Positions 40,101 through 53,301 of a DNA stretch of 64,000 nt are shown here, piece by piece. Below the pieces are notes generated by a model. It saw nothing but the letters and a program-made list of their open reading frames with translations, ran no database searches and was not told the DNA's origin. The position numbers and the translations under genes were made by a program. The DNA is taken from the NCBI GenBank assembly GCA_017499595.2, contig CM039001.1:2108001-2172000 (forward strand). The letters are read 5' to 3'. The DNA comes from Psilocybe cubensis (taxonomy: Eukaryota). Position 1 is the first letter of the stretch. Every line of letters starts with the position of its first letter.

Positions 40101-41339
40101 GTTCAAAGGCAGGCTGAGAGGCATGTGGCCTTGTTATTTGAATTCGTTGTCCAAATGTCTGCAACCCTTGTTGCTCCCAAAAAACTGTGTAATGTTACAT
40201 TGTCAATTTAACAGTAAATTATCGACAAAATCACTTACGCGGCACACTGCCACGGACTTGAACATAGCTGACGCAATGCTGATCCGAGCTAAAGATCGTT
40301 TCTGTCTACATTCTGGCATAAGGAAACCGTTTCTGCACGGTGTTAGTATTCACAAACCTCGACAAAGTTGGCAGTATTTCCGTCGTCATCAACGCCTCGA
40401 GTATTAAACCTTGTCCCTGCTCGCTTCCATCCGAGTCTGGATATCAGGGCGAGGGTTGCCACAGTTGGAGCTCCATCAGTAGGTGGAGCAGGTAAAGCCA
40501 TGGTGAACACGCCTACAAATCCTTGAATTGCAAGAATCTAACCATAATGTTAAGGTATCAACCAGGAAAGCTATGCAAGCGCCTCACTATAAATTGACAA
40601 CGGTCGAGGTCTTCCTTTTCTTCAATATCTAACCGCTCCCGAAAGTCGAGTAAGCTGCGAATAATATACTCATTCCAAACAAATCTTTCATCAAATGTCA
40701 AAGTTTCTTTTGAAGCATTTCTGTCCCTGGTAAGGCGTACGGCAAGTCGGGAGGATAGATCCCATTGCGATTCAATCGCATAATAAAAAGATCCTGATGA
40801 CAATATCTTGGTCAAAGGCATACAAGGATGTTCAAAAACTGGAACAGGTTGTTGCCCATAGTTCTCTCTAAAAGCGGAGTCGACGGCATCGGGACCAATG
40901 ATTTGCTCTGCAGCGGCAGATAAGTCGTCCCAGGTCGATGAAGTCAAGCTATAGAAAGAAACTTCATGAATGCGGGCAACGGATTCAGGAGTATGGCTCG
41001 ATGGACGAGTATTCCCGATCTCCGTGGCACTAGTGATAACAGCGAGGAAGATGTCTAAGATGTGGAATTGTATGAGAATTATCAGTCAGAAGTAAAGACC
41101 AAGAACATACCTTTTTCAACTGATATTAATCCCAGACAACCTTTAACAACTCTGGCCGTCAATCTAACGAGATTTGAAATGTCCACTTGGTCTTTGTGAA
41201 GAAATTCCACGATAGCCTTCGATTGCCCTTCTCCCGCCGAACGAAATACGAGTGCACGTCTAGGTCGGCCCAACCGCTCGTCATGAGAGCTTGTAACGAG
41301 GTATAGAGCACGAGGAGCGGCCGCGAGATAGAGATACAT
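37121..41339 (-). CDS. Synaptojanin-like phosphoinositide phosphatase (Sac1 plus 5-phosphatase domains; Inp52/Inp53-like)
   Basis: [94 protein letters not shown]-terminal poly-Pro; stop at 37121-37123. Confidence 0.94.
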
Positions 41340-41858
41340 AGCTCAGTGCATATATATCATTTATCGAGTTATACTTATACGTCCCACAGTGTTCAATGTG
41401 CGATGGAGGAGGGCAAAGAGTTGAACCTGATTGAGGTTTGTGATGCGATGGTTTTTGGACATACCTCCGAAACGGGACTGTATTAATATAGTATTTGCGT
41501 CATGCGCATTGCGGTCATTACGCCGACGCAAGCAAAATTTTAATGCATATCACACAAGAATCAGGCATATTGGTCCGAGTACTGATCTATTAGGGCATTC
41601 ATGAGGGGACAGTAAGTCCTCTTGTAATTTATGTACCGACAGTATTCCTTCAGAATTTTTTGAAAGAAGGTTCTAACATGCCCAATGATACCCTGATTTA
41701 TTTTGGCGAACATTATTACTACACAAAGTTGGAACCTTTGCACCTGTTTCTTCCGTCAAAAATTCATTGAGCTAATAGTCAAACAGAACATAAATATATA
41801 TATACTGGGACCAATAATTCGAGTTCTAATCCAAACTTCATGATGTTACTGTCATTCA

Positions 41859-43051
41859 TCAATTATCGTCTGCCATAAAGCTGGGTGTTCTCCGCAGCCC
41901 ACTAATACCCAAGCCGGTCGACTCTCCTGCGTTTTGTCTTGTTGGCTGTGGCCTCCTTCTTGGTGGTATTTCTTGAAGAGAAAAGTTCGAGTTATTTGCC
42001 GGTTGGTTTGGAACTTCCAGTTCTTGTACCCTTGGTCCTGGAGATCTTGGCGGAGGCGGATATGCCATGGGCCGTAAAGAGGGTGATAAAGCAATGTTGT
42101 TGTTTGGTGTGGAATGTGTGCGAGGGATGTTAGGAGAGCGTGGAGCAATTAAGCCTTCTGACGTATCTTTGCGCGAGGGTCGAGATCGGAATCGGGGGAT
42201 GCTTCCCTCGAAGGAAAAAAAAGACAGTATGGACCTTATCAAGGAAATTCGAGAGGGTTGAATGTGAGTGGAAGATCCAGAAGTGGGGGACGAGGGTTCT
42301 GCTGGTAAGGAATAAGGAAACCTGTGTTAGATATGAAAAAGTAACGGAACATAACAGACATACCAGCAGTTGTCGGCAGCGCGTTATCATTGGCACTAAG
42401 ACTTAGGAACAAGAATAACGGGGTGTACCAAACACATATTGCAAAGAATGTCGCTATTTCGGTAAAGCCAGGCGCTTCGCGTATTTTGCTACGGTGCGCC
42501 CTAACGTGCCTTGCTTCATTTGTGATGCGCGCAAAGTAGAAGAACCAGATGAAATGGTCGGCAATGACAAGAGCGCATGATGCAAGGAATGACAGGGAGG
42601 TGAGAGAGATAAGTGGCCAAGAGCTGGAAAAATTTTGCAGGTATACAATGTGGCATGTTAGGGAGAATAGAGTTTGAAGAAGTGGTAAGGAATCCGTGAA
42701 GTAAAACACAACATGCAAGGCCATTATCACCTAGATTAGGGCGAAATATATCAAGGAGAACGCTGCAAATCTGAAGATAAATGAGACGTACATATATACT
42801 TCTCTGACCCACTGTTTTGGCTATACGTGAATACTCCTCGATTAATTCAGATACGTAGAGTAATCCGCTTGCTAAAGATGCATGAACACGGATTGTGGAG
42901 AAATTAATTGCGCAGGATAGATACCTAGGGAGAGTGTAACAAAGGCGAAGGCAGCGACTATAGCCACATAGCTGTACGGTAAAAGGCTCAATACCCGCCC
43001 GCGAAACGAACACGACGATGGGACACACCTGACGTAGTAGAGCAGGCCCAT
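41859..43051 (-). CDS. SVP26: ER-Golgi cargo adaptor Svp26/Erv26 (TEX261 family)
   Basis: MGLLYYVS|YVAIVAAFAFVTLSL|ASGLLYVSELIEEYS, CHIVYLQNFSSSWPLISL, DHFIWFFYF, EIATFFAICVWYTPLFLFLSLSANDNALP. Confidence 0.9.
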
Positions 43052-43351
43052 ACTGAGTTGCAGTGCGTTTGCGAACCAGCGCCTTAATTGGAATACAGAA
43101 ACGTAATACTAGTTTCAAGAAGAAACTACAGTCAAGAGCAACACGGCGAGAGACGAGCCTCAAATGTATCCGTGATTTTGGTATTGGAAGCAGTCCATTC
43201 GACTTGCCAGCCAATTGGGCAAATGGATTCGCGTGTGCTTGCCAGGATCACATGATTATCGAGCACTGCTTTCGATTCACTAAAGACGCTGCTTGAACTG
43301 AACACACAACCGTCCGGACCACCCTTCACAACACATATCGCCAACTCCAGT

Positions 43352-44182
43352 ATGAGCAATCTTGAGAGTATGTTCTACTGACTCCTCAATCATCAGACAA
43401 ATGACAGTTTTTCTCCAGAAACCCTCTTCCAGTTAAAGGTGAGCTTACTGTGATCGGAGATCATTACGACGATGTTATTGACAACGAACAACCCCAGTTT
43501 ACAGCAAAGACTCTGAGTCGCCAGGCGAAAAAGGCTCAGAAAGATGAGAACAGCGAGAAACTACGACTGAAGAAGGTCCTCAAGTCGCGTTCCTATCAAT
43601 GAATAGCAGCTAACTTGGAGCACAGGCACTACAGCAGGGCAACAACGATGGAGCTCGTATCTACGCCTCAAACGCAATTAGAAAGAAGAGCGAGGCACTC
43701 AATCTACTTCGTCTATCGAGCAGGATAGATGCGGTCGCCAGCAGAGTAGAGACAGCCGTTACAATGCGTCAAGTGACTGGGAACATGACTTCAGTTGTTC
43801 GTGGAATGGATAAAGCTATGGACAGCATGAATCTCGAACGAGTGCGTTTTCTGTGTCCGGATGCGCGAATTAAATGCTTATCATAAATACCAATATTCAG
43901 ATATCGATGGTCATGGACAAATTTGAGGCCCAATTTACCGATCTCGATGTACAAACCTCCTACATGGAAGATGCCATGAGTTCGACAACCGCAACTTCTA
44001 CACCCCAAGACCAGATCGATCAGCTCATGCGTCAAACAGCAGAGGAAGCCAATATAGAGCTTCAACATGACCTAGCTGCGAAGGAAATTCCTTCCTTAGC
44101 TGATCTTTCTCCCAAGGAGAAGGTCCAAGATGAAGATGACAAACTGGCAGATCGACTGCGGGCGCTGAGACCCGCAACATGA
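43352..44182 (+). CDS. DID2: ESCRT-III accessory subunit Did2/Vps46/CHMP1
   Basis: [74 protein letters not shown]-terminal [14 protein letters not shown]; first exons are 16 and 20 nt. Confidence 0.95.
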
Positions 44183-44946
44183 ACAAGTTTCCTTCTAGTT
44201 GCCTCGGATTTTCGGAAATGGAATTTCTTATGTACCATTTATGTATAATCAACCTCGTTTATATTTCGTGGATTTGTAGATAGCGTCTCCTTTCAATGCT
44301 GAATTACTGTTATCAATTATAGGATCAATCTCCAAGGTGAAGCATACATTTTTTTCTATCTGTTGTTCCTACATGATCAAGCTTAAAATTTGTGAGGAAT
44401 GAAAGAGGAGCGTAGGGAATGCGTTGTGGTCGGTAGTAATGACATGCGATAGTAATTAGAGACAATAGATGAAAAAATTAAGTGCTGGAAAACCGACAAA
44501 ACGGATACAAATATGATGATGATGGAGCATCGTAAAATGACATGAAAAGAACCCTCCTACAAAATTTTGGGAAATCAGAACTCATACAAAACATGCAACG
44601 AAACGAAACTGAAAAGAAACGGAGAACTACATAGTCTATAATTATCTTCCAGAAAAAGACGACCAAGAAGAAACAGAAAAATTAAGCAACAGCTAGGCTG
44701 TATGAATAAATTAGATATGAATATGGCGATGTTAGATGTTGGTTGAAGGCTTGTCAGGCGAAATATGGATAATGTGTGGCTGCACGACCAAAGTGAGAAC
44801 AAGGGGCAGTGAATGGCGGGAAGCAGAAAAGAACGAATAACAACAGAGGAGCAAGGCAAGCAACAAAACGAAAAGGGGTGCAAGTGGAGTGATCACTACC
44901 AGCAAATAAAATCCAATCCGCGGGGACTGAAAAGCGGATACGTCGA

Positions 44947-47900
44947 TTACGCTTGTTGTAGGATGATCCTCACGAACTTGTCTAACAGTCGTCGTTTGCC
45001 ATCCTCTCCTAGATGGGGGGCCGACACCAAAAGATTTTCTACAAGTGATACTATACCCATAGGGCCATCGAATGGGATTTCATGTGCGTCGAACTGATGC
45101 ACATCTGACGGAAGTTACAGATAAAGGTCAGCAAGAATTCAACAAGAACCTAGTTAAAGCCCTCACAAGTTCTGAACAGCCTGTAGTCCTCGGGATGAAG
45201 GGCAGTTTTAAACATCTCGGCGACTTCTTTGCCCAATTTCGACCTCTCGACGTCAGTGATTGCATCCACGCCCTCATCCCTATATCTCCCATTACCGTTA
45301 CCACTTGCGCTGCGATCCATGGTGACAGTAGCGGAGCGACCGGTAGCTGTTGTAGACCCAGAAGCAGTACGTGAGATGTTACGATGTCCTCCCGATGAAC
45401 CACTTAGTGATCTCGAAAAAAAACCAGAGGAAGGGAGCAATGCTTCCTCGCGCACCTTGTTGGGCGCCCAAGAAAGCCCAAGGCCTAGATCTAATGAGCG
45501 ACCCTTCGTCCCAGAGCGATGACCGGCATTGCCGTTGGATAAGTGCGCAGGCACGGTGGGAACTGGAACGGGGGCGCGGTCTCCGATTCTCTTGGATAGG
45601 CCATTGGTAGTTTTCCTCGTCGTCAACCGTTCCTTCTCATCTCGCACCCTTTCTCGCTCCTTTTCCGCTTTGTTCGTCCATGAATTTGAGAGGATGACTT
45701 CATGGGCAGTTCCTGTGCTCGCCGTCCCAGTACTTCTTGTGGGTGATGGAACAGGTGGCTCGAAAGAAAAAGGCCCATGTTGGGAAGGCATCAATCCAAT
45801 AAGCCGTGTGACCCCTGAACCGCTGGCGGTCTTTCTTTCTGTACCGCCGTAAAGCAAGCCGCGTCTCCCTGTAGCTTTGCTCATACTTGATGTCTTGCCG
45901 GTTGCTGCAGACGATGAACCGTGAAGATGTTCAGATCCAGACGGCGTTGATCCTGGCGTTGTCCGCTGCGATGCTGTAGGTGGTCTTTCTCTGTCCCTAT
46001 GTTTTTCTCTCGCCCGCTCCTTTTCCTTCTCTAGAGGTGTACCGTGAACCTGCCTTCTTTTCTCCTTCAATTTCAACATTTCTTCCCTCTCTTGTGCTCT
46101 TTTCATTGACACCTCTCTCTGCAAAGTACCGACCCCAGCCAAGCCTGGCCCATATGTACTTTCTCTTTCCTTCTCTATATTCGCCGATTCTGAATTCTTA
46201 CTCCATGTACTATTCGCAGTTGCCGTGGTACCATTACTTCCAGTGCGTTGAATTGCCGTCGTGCCCCATCCAGGCCGCTCAAAGTCAAAGCTTCCGTGCT
46301 TTGTAGCGCGCGTTGTTTTGCTCATCTTGAGTCCAGTCCGTGGTGTGGGAATTTGGGAGAGAGTAGAATCATGAACCCCAGCAGATATTGCGCCCTCACG
46401 GTGTTTACCTTTATAATGACCCGCGGATGAAAGCTGCGCAGAATTGGCTTCTTCATTAACTACGCCCATCGTAGCTCCGCGATACCGATAACCAGAGTCA
46501 AGAGAACCCTTTGTGGCGTGGTATCCCTGCCGCGCTGCTGTCAGTGGAGGATGGGTTCCGCTCCCACTGGCATTGCCATTAATGCCTTTGGATGAGTTGC
46601 CACCAGGGTCTCTGGCGGGACTTGGAGGAGTATGAGTTATTATCTTCGGCGGTGCAAGGCCAGATTGGGTTGGAGGCTCTGTTGGATCCTTCACGCTACT
46701 TCGGCGATGCAATGAGGTAACCCGTTTAATAGGCGCAGATACAAAAGATGGTAAAGGAGGCAAGATAGGAGGGCCACCAGAAGTTGTTGGCCTTTTGGGT
46801 AAAGCTGGCTCGGGGGTGTTACCTGTTTGAAGACGGGTGTAAATGAAGAGAACAACTATAGTGTTGCGATACGTACTTGAGAAGAGCTTGGTGATTTTGA
46901 TGGACGCAGCTGTAGACCCGGTGGAAGAAGAAGTGGTAGTTGCGTTTGTAACACGGAGGACTTTCGGACCGGGAGTAGGGGATGGGGTTTGCGACGGTCG
47001 AGGTTGTGGGATATATGACTTTCTAGGGCGCGGAGTCGGGTCATCGTCGATACCAGAAGTGGGTAATGGGGGTATATCCAAAGAAGCGCGCGGGCTGCTG
47101 GGGCGAGACCTTGACCTCGATCGCGAGGATTTCCGGCCTAGTGGGATACTAAAGAAATCCTGAAGTTTCTGACGGGCACCCGACAGCTTAGGTGTTGTAG
47201 GTCGTGGGGGTGTCCCCCCAAAAGTAGATTTCGGAGGTAGAACGGCGCCTGTTGAAGGTCGCGGTTGGTGCTGCTGCTGCTGCTGGTTCTTAGGTTTGGG
47301 CGTTCCGGGCGTTACAGTAGTGTTCGTAGCAGTAGTTGTTGAAGAGAGAGGGCGTGATTGAATCCGAGAAGGAGGTTTAGAGCCTGGTGAGTCGGCAGCG
47401 GTGTCAAGTTGTGTCCGTCTGCTAGTCCTTGACTTTGAGGGATTGTCAGGCATCGTAGATTGTCGAACCGACGGGGGTTCGTTCTTTGATCGTGAGCGTG
47501 ATCGTGACCTTGTGAGGAAGTCGTAGAGCTGTGTAGAATTATCAGAGTCAGTAAACAACGCAGACAAGAAGATTCACAGACTCTATTCTCTGATTTGAGT
47601 TTCCGTGAAGGACGTTCGTCTTGGTGTTTCGTCTGAATCGCGGACATGACTTTGTCGTCGGTTAAAGGTGGAGGTTGTACCAATTGAGGTTGGTCGGCAT
47701 AACCCGAAAAGAAAGCACTGCTCGTTATATCTGATGTCTGGTGGGTATTATTGAACAACCTGCAGAGAGACATGTAGATGGAGAAGAATTGACCTCGATA
47801 GCGGGGGGTTTACGGGCAGAGGATCTGTGAGAACGAATCAAGGTGGCGAACTATGTGGAGGACGGAACACACGTGTTAGGCACAAGGTTCGTAGTTGATA

Positions 47901-48136
47901 TAATAAGATGTAGAAGAAGAAGAACGCACATCTGGAATCAACCTGAGGCTTCGGCGGGTGAAGGAGTAGCGTTTGTTCAAAGAGGCTGACGTCGATGTAG
48001 AGGATTGGCGAGAGTGGTGCAACTTGGAAAGCAGCCCAGGACTGTTTTCTCCCGACGGTGATTCAGCTCTAAGGTCAGACCCTGGTGTGCTGGGTGAACA
48101 AGAGGACTGCATGCATGGGTTCCGCTCATAAGCCAA
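44947..48136 (-). CDS. Large low-complexity Ser/Arg/Pro-rich protein with a small C-terminal helical domain
   Basis: ORFs 47876-48136, 47312-47773 and 45150-47567 join through GT-AG introns; last exon YVHQFDAHEIPFDGPMGIVSLVENLL...LLDKFVRIILQQA* (TAA 44947-44949); start codon uncertain. Confidence 0.7.
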
Positions 48137-48294
48137 TCTACTTTTTCAAAAAATATGGTCCAAAGTGCAGACAAGCATTTCAACCTCCAAAGATCACAAT
48201 ATTTACCTCGGCGTGACTCCCAGACGACGCCATCAACTGCCATCATCATCAACTCCTGTTTTTCCGAGTATTTTTATTCCAATAATCATACAAA

Positions 48295-49981
48295 TCACAG
48301 TTTACTCGAAAGTACTTTGAAAAACCCACGTCGATCCCAGGAGCCTTCCAACGGTGCCTCGCCTTCCCGTACCCATCCCATTCTGTTCGCAGTTAACCCC
48401 GCAGTTCTGATAAATAGACTGCCATCGATGAGCTCTGCATCCTTCAGTTCCGTTCCCGCAAACGTGCCCGCTCTCACACTCCCAAAATGCGACGCATGTT
48501 CACTGAGTGCTCTCTGTAACTTGGGCAGGTGATCGTCCGGGTATGTCGCGGCTGACTGCAGAATGGCCAGCCATGGGTCCGGTGTGATGGCATGAGGCGA
48601 CGTTGCCGATGGGTACGTGTCTTTGTGCGGAGTTGGCTCAGGTCCAGGTGCTTTAGGATGGACCGTGTCCGGGTTCTTGAAGAATCCCGCGATATCAAGA
48701 GCCGGACGTCCGCGGCCAATGTACCATCCCAGAGAGACAGCAAAGTAGCTTCGCAAAAGCAGCACTTGGGAACTTGGCTTGAGGTGCGAAAATATGCTGG
48801 AAAGAAACACTGAAGATGTGACTAGGTGCATACTATATTACCTGGTGATCAGCGACTCATACTGTCACTCGGAAAAGTATATACATACTGGAAAAAGTCT
48901 GCGTTGAAGGTTGGTTCCTCAGATCCGCCCACACCATATATCAGCGTGTTAACCCAAATCAATTGTTCGAGGCTTTTCTCCAAATCGCCCTCAAGGGTCC
49001 ATTCGTCGACATATTTCTTGATGGAATCTCCCAGCAGTTCAACTGTAGTCTTGTAAAATCCATACATCTCTGCGACTTTGGTGGGAACAAAGATAGGGTC
49101 TGCGAGAATTCGAGCGAGGACTGTAAAGGCATGAACTGGTTTTTTGGTGCTCTTGTCCCCAAAACCAACAGCGTTTGCAAATCGCGACGAAAGGCTTTCA
49201 TATTGGTTAAACCATGTTTCAGGAATTACCTTTGTAGAGGATGCGCCGTGAACGGCTGCTTGTGCAAGGCCTATGGAGCCCATTTAGCCACCAGCCTGTC
49301 TTCTCTACAATACTGTTACCTTCTGCGAATGTACCAGGCAGAGCAAACTCGACACCAAACCCTGTGTGGATGAGAGGATGAAGAAGACCCTCCATGAACC
49401 GGTTTAGCATTTCTGGTTGTTTGTTGGCTCCTGGGACGAAGTTTGCGGCTGTCGAGAAGATGTATTCCTCCAGCATGACGCTGATGCTCTTGGTCTGGAG
49501 CTCGCCCTTGAAGAATTCAAGGTAAGCTTGATAGTACCTTGAGATTATTAGAACGCGATGCGCATGAAGGGTTGGCATGAACACCTCTCATCACCAAGAT
49601 AGTCCTTCCAGTCTTTCTTGGAAACAGCGTTCGGAGAAGTGAAGGCGGGGCGCTGCTCCTGGGCATTTACTTGATACGACTTTTGGAGGATGGTCTCATG
49701 GGCCCCGAGAGACCATAGGGTGAGAGCTGCGTGGGCTGTATGGCTACGAACAGGGGAGAATTGAATGTCTGGATAGCATGGGAAAGGGATAAGACAGACT
49801 TGTGAAAGCCACGGTCATTGAAGAATATGTGCCATTTCTTGTGGTTGTCTGTGAGAATAGCCTGGAGAGCGGCTGTAGATGCTGGAGAGACGCCAGGCCA
49901 GGTGCGAGGGGCGAGGAGATTTGGAGGAGAGCCTCTGTGAGAAGGAGGGGGAAAGAACTTGTCGTCAATGTCGGATAGCAT
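48295..49981 (-). CDS. Questin oxidase/AflY (HypA)-like oxidoreductase with C-terminal PTS1 (-SKL)
   Basis: [71 protein letters not shown]; ends FFKVLSSKL*. Confidence 0.85.
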
Positions 49982-50045
49982 GGGGATGCGGGGTAAATGA
50001 CGCATCCGGGGTGCTCTTTATGCAATCAGTGGGAAGGCCAAATGC

Positions 50046-50097
50046 ACGTGATGACATTGACAATGACAAAGCATACCCTAGATTAGGGTTAGGGTTA
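50046..50097. promoter_or_regulatory. Divergent promoter containing CACGTGA and telomere-type TTAGGGTTAGGGTTA
   Basis: cacgtga at 50046; acccta at 50075 inverted against ttagggttagggtta at 50083-50097; lies between ATGs at 49981 (-) and 50140 (+). Confidence 0.45.
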
Positions 50098-50139
50098 CAA
50101 GATATATTCATTGGCTTGGGAGAAAGCCTCTGGTTTGTC

Positions 50140-51800
50140 ATGGCCCTCGTTCGACTGCTCAGACGCAGCCAGCACTTGGCCCGCATCGGCTGTCGCTCCC
50201 TCTCGTCTCCATCGCCTGCATGTCCTCCACCTGCACCCAATCAGCCTAATTTCCCTTGCGTTGACGCCCATGCTGCCCGTGAATCTCGTCTCAAAGCGCG
50301 CAGGTCTAAGCCTGCACCACCAGCCATCCAGCAGGATGCAGAAACAGGCCCAGAGCCTCCATATGCTCGTCCAAATCCAACCACGTATCACACTTACCAT
50401 CATCCCCATCCCCTTCAGCTCTCTTACTCGACTACCCCCCTCCCAGCTTTTGACATTGCGTATGAAACATGGGGCTCCCTTTCACCCTCCAAAGACAATG
50501 TCATTCTTCTCCATACCGGCCTCTCTGCTTCCTCGCATGCTGCCTCTACACCTGCAAATCCCGCCCCAGGTTGGTGGGAGAAATTCATTGGCCCCGGAAA
50601 AGCCATCGATACGAATCAGTTCTTCGTGATATGCACCAATGTCATCGGTGGGTGTTATGGCTCTTCTGGCCCTTCGTCTCTCGAGGAAGCAACTGGAAAG
50701 CCATGGGCAACTCGTTTTCCTTTGGTCTCCATCTTTGACATGGTCAATGCCCAATTTCACTTGCTCGATCATCTGGGCATCAATAAGCTTTATGCTAGCG
50801 TCGGTTGCTCTATGGGTGCTATGCAGAGTTTGGCTGCTGGTTGGTTGCACCCAGAACGTGTTGGAAAAATTGTGAGTATCAGCGGTACAGCAAGGAGCAG
50901 TCCTTCAGCTGTAGCTATGCGATTTGCACAACGAGCTGGTGTGTATTCCGCCTTCTCTTTCGCCATTTTTCTCATTCAAAATTCTCCCTTAGTTCTTATG
51001 GCTGACCCCAACTGGAACAACGGATTCTACTACGATGGCCTGCCACCTCACACCGGCATGAAACTTGCTCGTCGTATGTTTCCACCCGGTCACTCCTTCT
51101 CAAATTTCTCTTACCAATTTTCATCACAGAAATAGCTACAATCACTTATCGTTCAGGTCCTGAGTGGGACCTTCGCTTTGGGCGTCAACTCCGGTCCAAT
51201 GAAAGTCCTTCATTGCCTGATCAATCACATCCCAGCATCCAAAGGCCACCAGCATTGTGTCCCGATTTCCTTATCGAAACCTACCTCGATCACCAAGGCG
51301 AATCTTTCTGCCTCAAATATGACGCGAATTCTCTCATCTACATCTCAAAAGCCATGGACTTATTTGACATGACGCTGCCCGCTCTTCAGGCGCTGAATAT
51401 CAAGTCGAATACTTCCCCGTTCCGCAAGAAAATGCACACTTCATCTTCTGTGCCCCACAAAACATCCCATTCCAAGTCCCATCCGCCACCTGTCAACCCA
51501 CCACCATATCTGCCTGCCCTTGCGGCTGGTATGGCACCCCTTGCCCACATACCGACCCTGGTTCTCGGTGTACAAAGTGATATCTTGTTCACCGTAGAGC
51601 AACAGCGCGAAGTCGCGGATGCGCTGCGCATGGGAGGCAACGAAAACGTGAGCTATTACGAACTGGGAGGTGTATGGGGTCATGATACATTCTTGTAAGT
51701 TCCTGTGACACTTGACCAAGATTTAAATCTAATCGTATATATAAGGATCGATACATTGAACGTGGGAGGCGCGATCCGTGGATTCTTGTCGTTATCATAA
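50140..51800 (+). CDS. Homoserine O-acetyltransferase-fold enzyme, Cys2-type serine O-succinyl/acetyltransferase, probably mitochondrial
   Basis: Arg-rich presequence; [42 protein letters not shown], nucleophile [44 protein letters not shown]. Confidence 0.88.
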
Positions 51801-52223
51801 GCTCGCTCTCCAAGATTTCACCAGGTCACTGTGTTGTAATGTTTATGTATTTTTATGTATCATCTCCATCAGCCTTGTATCTACTTCTATTCAAACGGTA
51901 AGTCATAAACTATACAAAACATGGCATACAGTTCGTTATTATGGCGATCTAGTAATGTTCTTCTACAAATACAAATATCGCAATGTGCTGAAGACACCCC
52001 AAAACGGGCGTCAAGATAGTGGAGAGCCCGGCCCGTTGGTTCCAATTAAGGGATCATGCAATGATCATGCTCTGACCAGTGAGTCAGTGACATGCAGAGG
52101 CAAACCCAGCAATCGTTACTTGTCCTCGACTTATCACTATCCGAGGTTGCCAGAGACCGATCTCGACGATAATCCTATAATTCTTTCTGCTTGAGTGCAT
52201 CTGCTTATCTTTGGCATCTCACG

Positions 52224-53168
52224 ATGAACAGGCTTTTTGGAACATCGGCTAGTAAGAAACCCAAACCAACCCTACAAGATGCAATCAACTCGGTAGGCAA
52301 TCGCAAAGGACTCTTCTGGTATGAATATACAAGAATGAACTTGTTATTTTATATAGACGGATGCGCGTATGTCTACGATTGAAGTGAAAATCCGCAAATT
52401 GGATGGTGAACTCGCGCGATACAAGGAGCAGATGTCAAAGCTGCGCAACGGTCCTGGAAAGGTCTGTGGAATCGTTATATGAATTTCGAGCCACATCTAG
52501 AGGCTTTACTTAGGATGCGATACAACAACGCGCTCTACGCACACTGAAGCAGAAGAGGATGTACGAAGCGCAGATCGCGCAGCTAACGCAACAGACATTC
52601 AATATGGAGAGCGCAGCACTCGCTACTGAAAATTTGCGCAATACCATGGCCACAGTTGACGCCATGCAAATTGCGAACAAGGAGATGCGCAAGCAATATG
52701 GAAAGATCGACGTCGACAAGATTGAGGTGCGTCACTTTTTTGGTTTGGCCGATTGCACGTTCGCAAGGAAGTGAATCTCGATTTTTTGGCGTCAGAATAT
52801 GCACTACGATATGGAAGATCTGCTTGAACAGGCAAACGAGATTCAGGAGACGCTCGGTCGCTCATATGCTGTACCAGACGAAATTGACGAGGCCGATCTA
52901 GAAGCTGGTATGGTTCCTTTGCAACACTGTGATTGATAGTCCCACTCATAGGTGATTTTCCAGAGTTGGACGCTTTGGCGCTGGAAGAGGAAGAAGAAGG
53001 TCCTTCATACCTCGCTGACCTGAATAAGGTGCCAGATTTCATAGACGAACCCCCTGTGGAAGTAGGAGAGGTGGGTACTACTCATTTAATATGACCAGAC
53101 TTTTTTCAACTCATTCTTTGCTCTGCTTCTAGACACCGAGACCGGAAGCCGTGAAACAGACTGGTTAA
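52224..53168 (+). CDS. VPS60: ESCRT-III accessory subunit Vps60/CHMP5
   Basis: MNRLFGTSASKKPKPTLQDAINS, KIRKLDGELARYKEQM, ALRTLKQKRMYEAQ, QQTFNME, EIQETLGRSYAVPDEIDEADLEAELDAL. Confidence 0.95.
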
Positions 53169-53301
53169 GCCGATACCACGGTTTTATATGTGTTTGTATT
53201 AATATGATGTTTCCTGGGCATTGGTATGTGTAGATATTAATTGAAATGGAGTGCTAGTCTTGGGCATGGAAGCGTTCTAAAGTATGTTCCAAGGGCGCGA
53301 T

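Noticed and set aside
50083-50097. Telomerase RNA template or chromosome-fusion scar
   Set aside because: Only 2.5 repeats inside a 158-bp intergenic gap, with no room or structural evidence for a telomerase RNA
49879-50139. N-terminal extension of the acyltransferase suggested by the ORF track (418 aa)
   Set aside because: It overlaps the divergent gene's start and promoter; ATG 50140 gives a typical presequence
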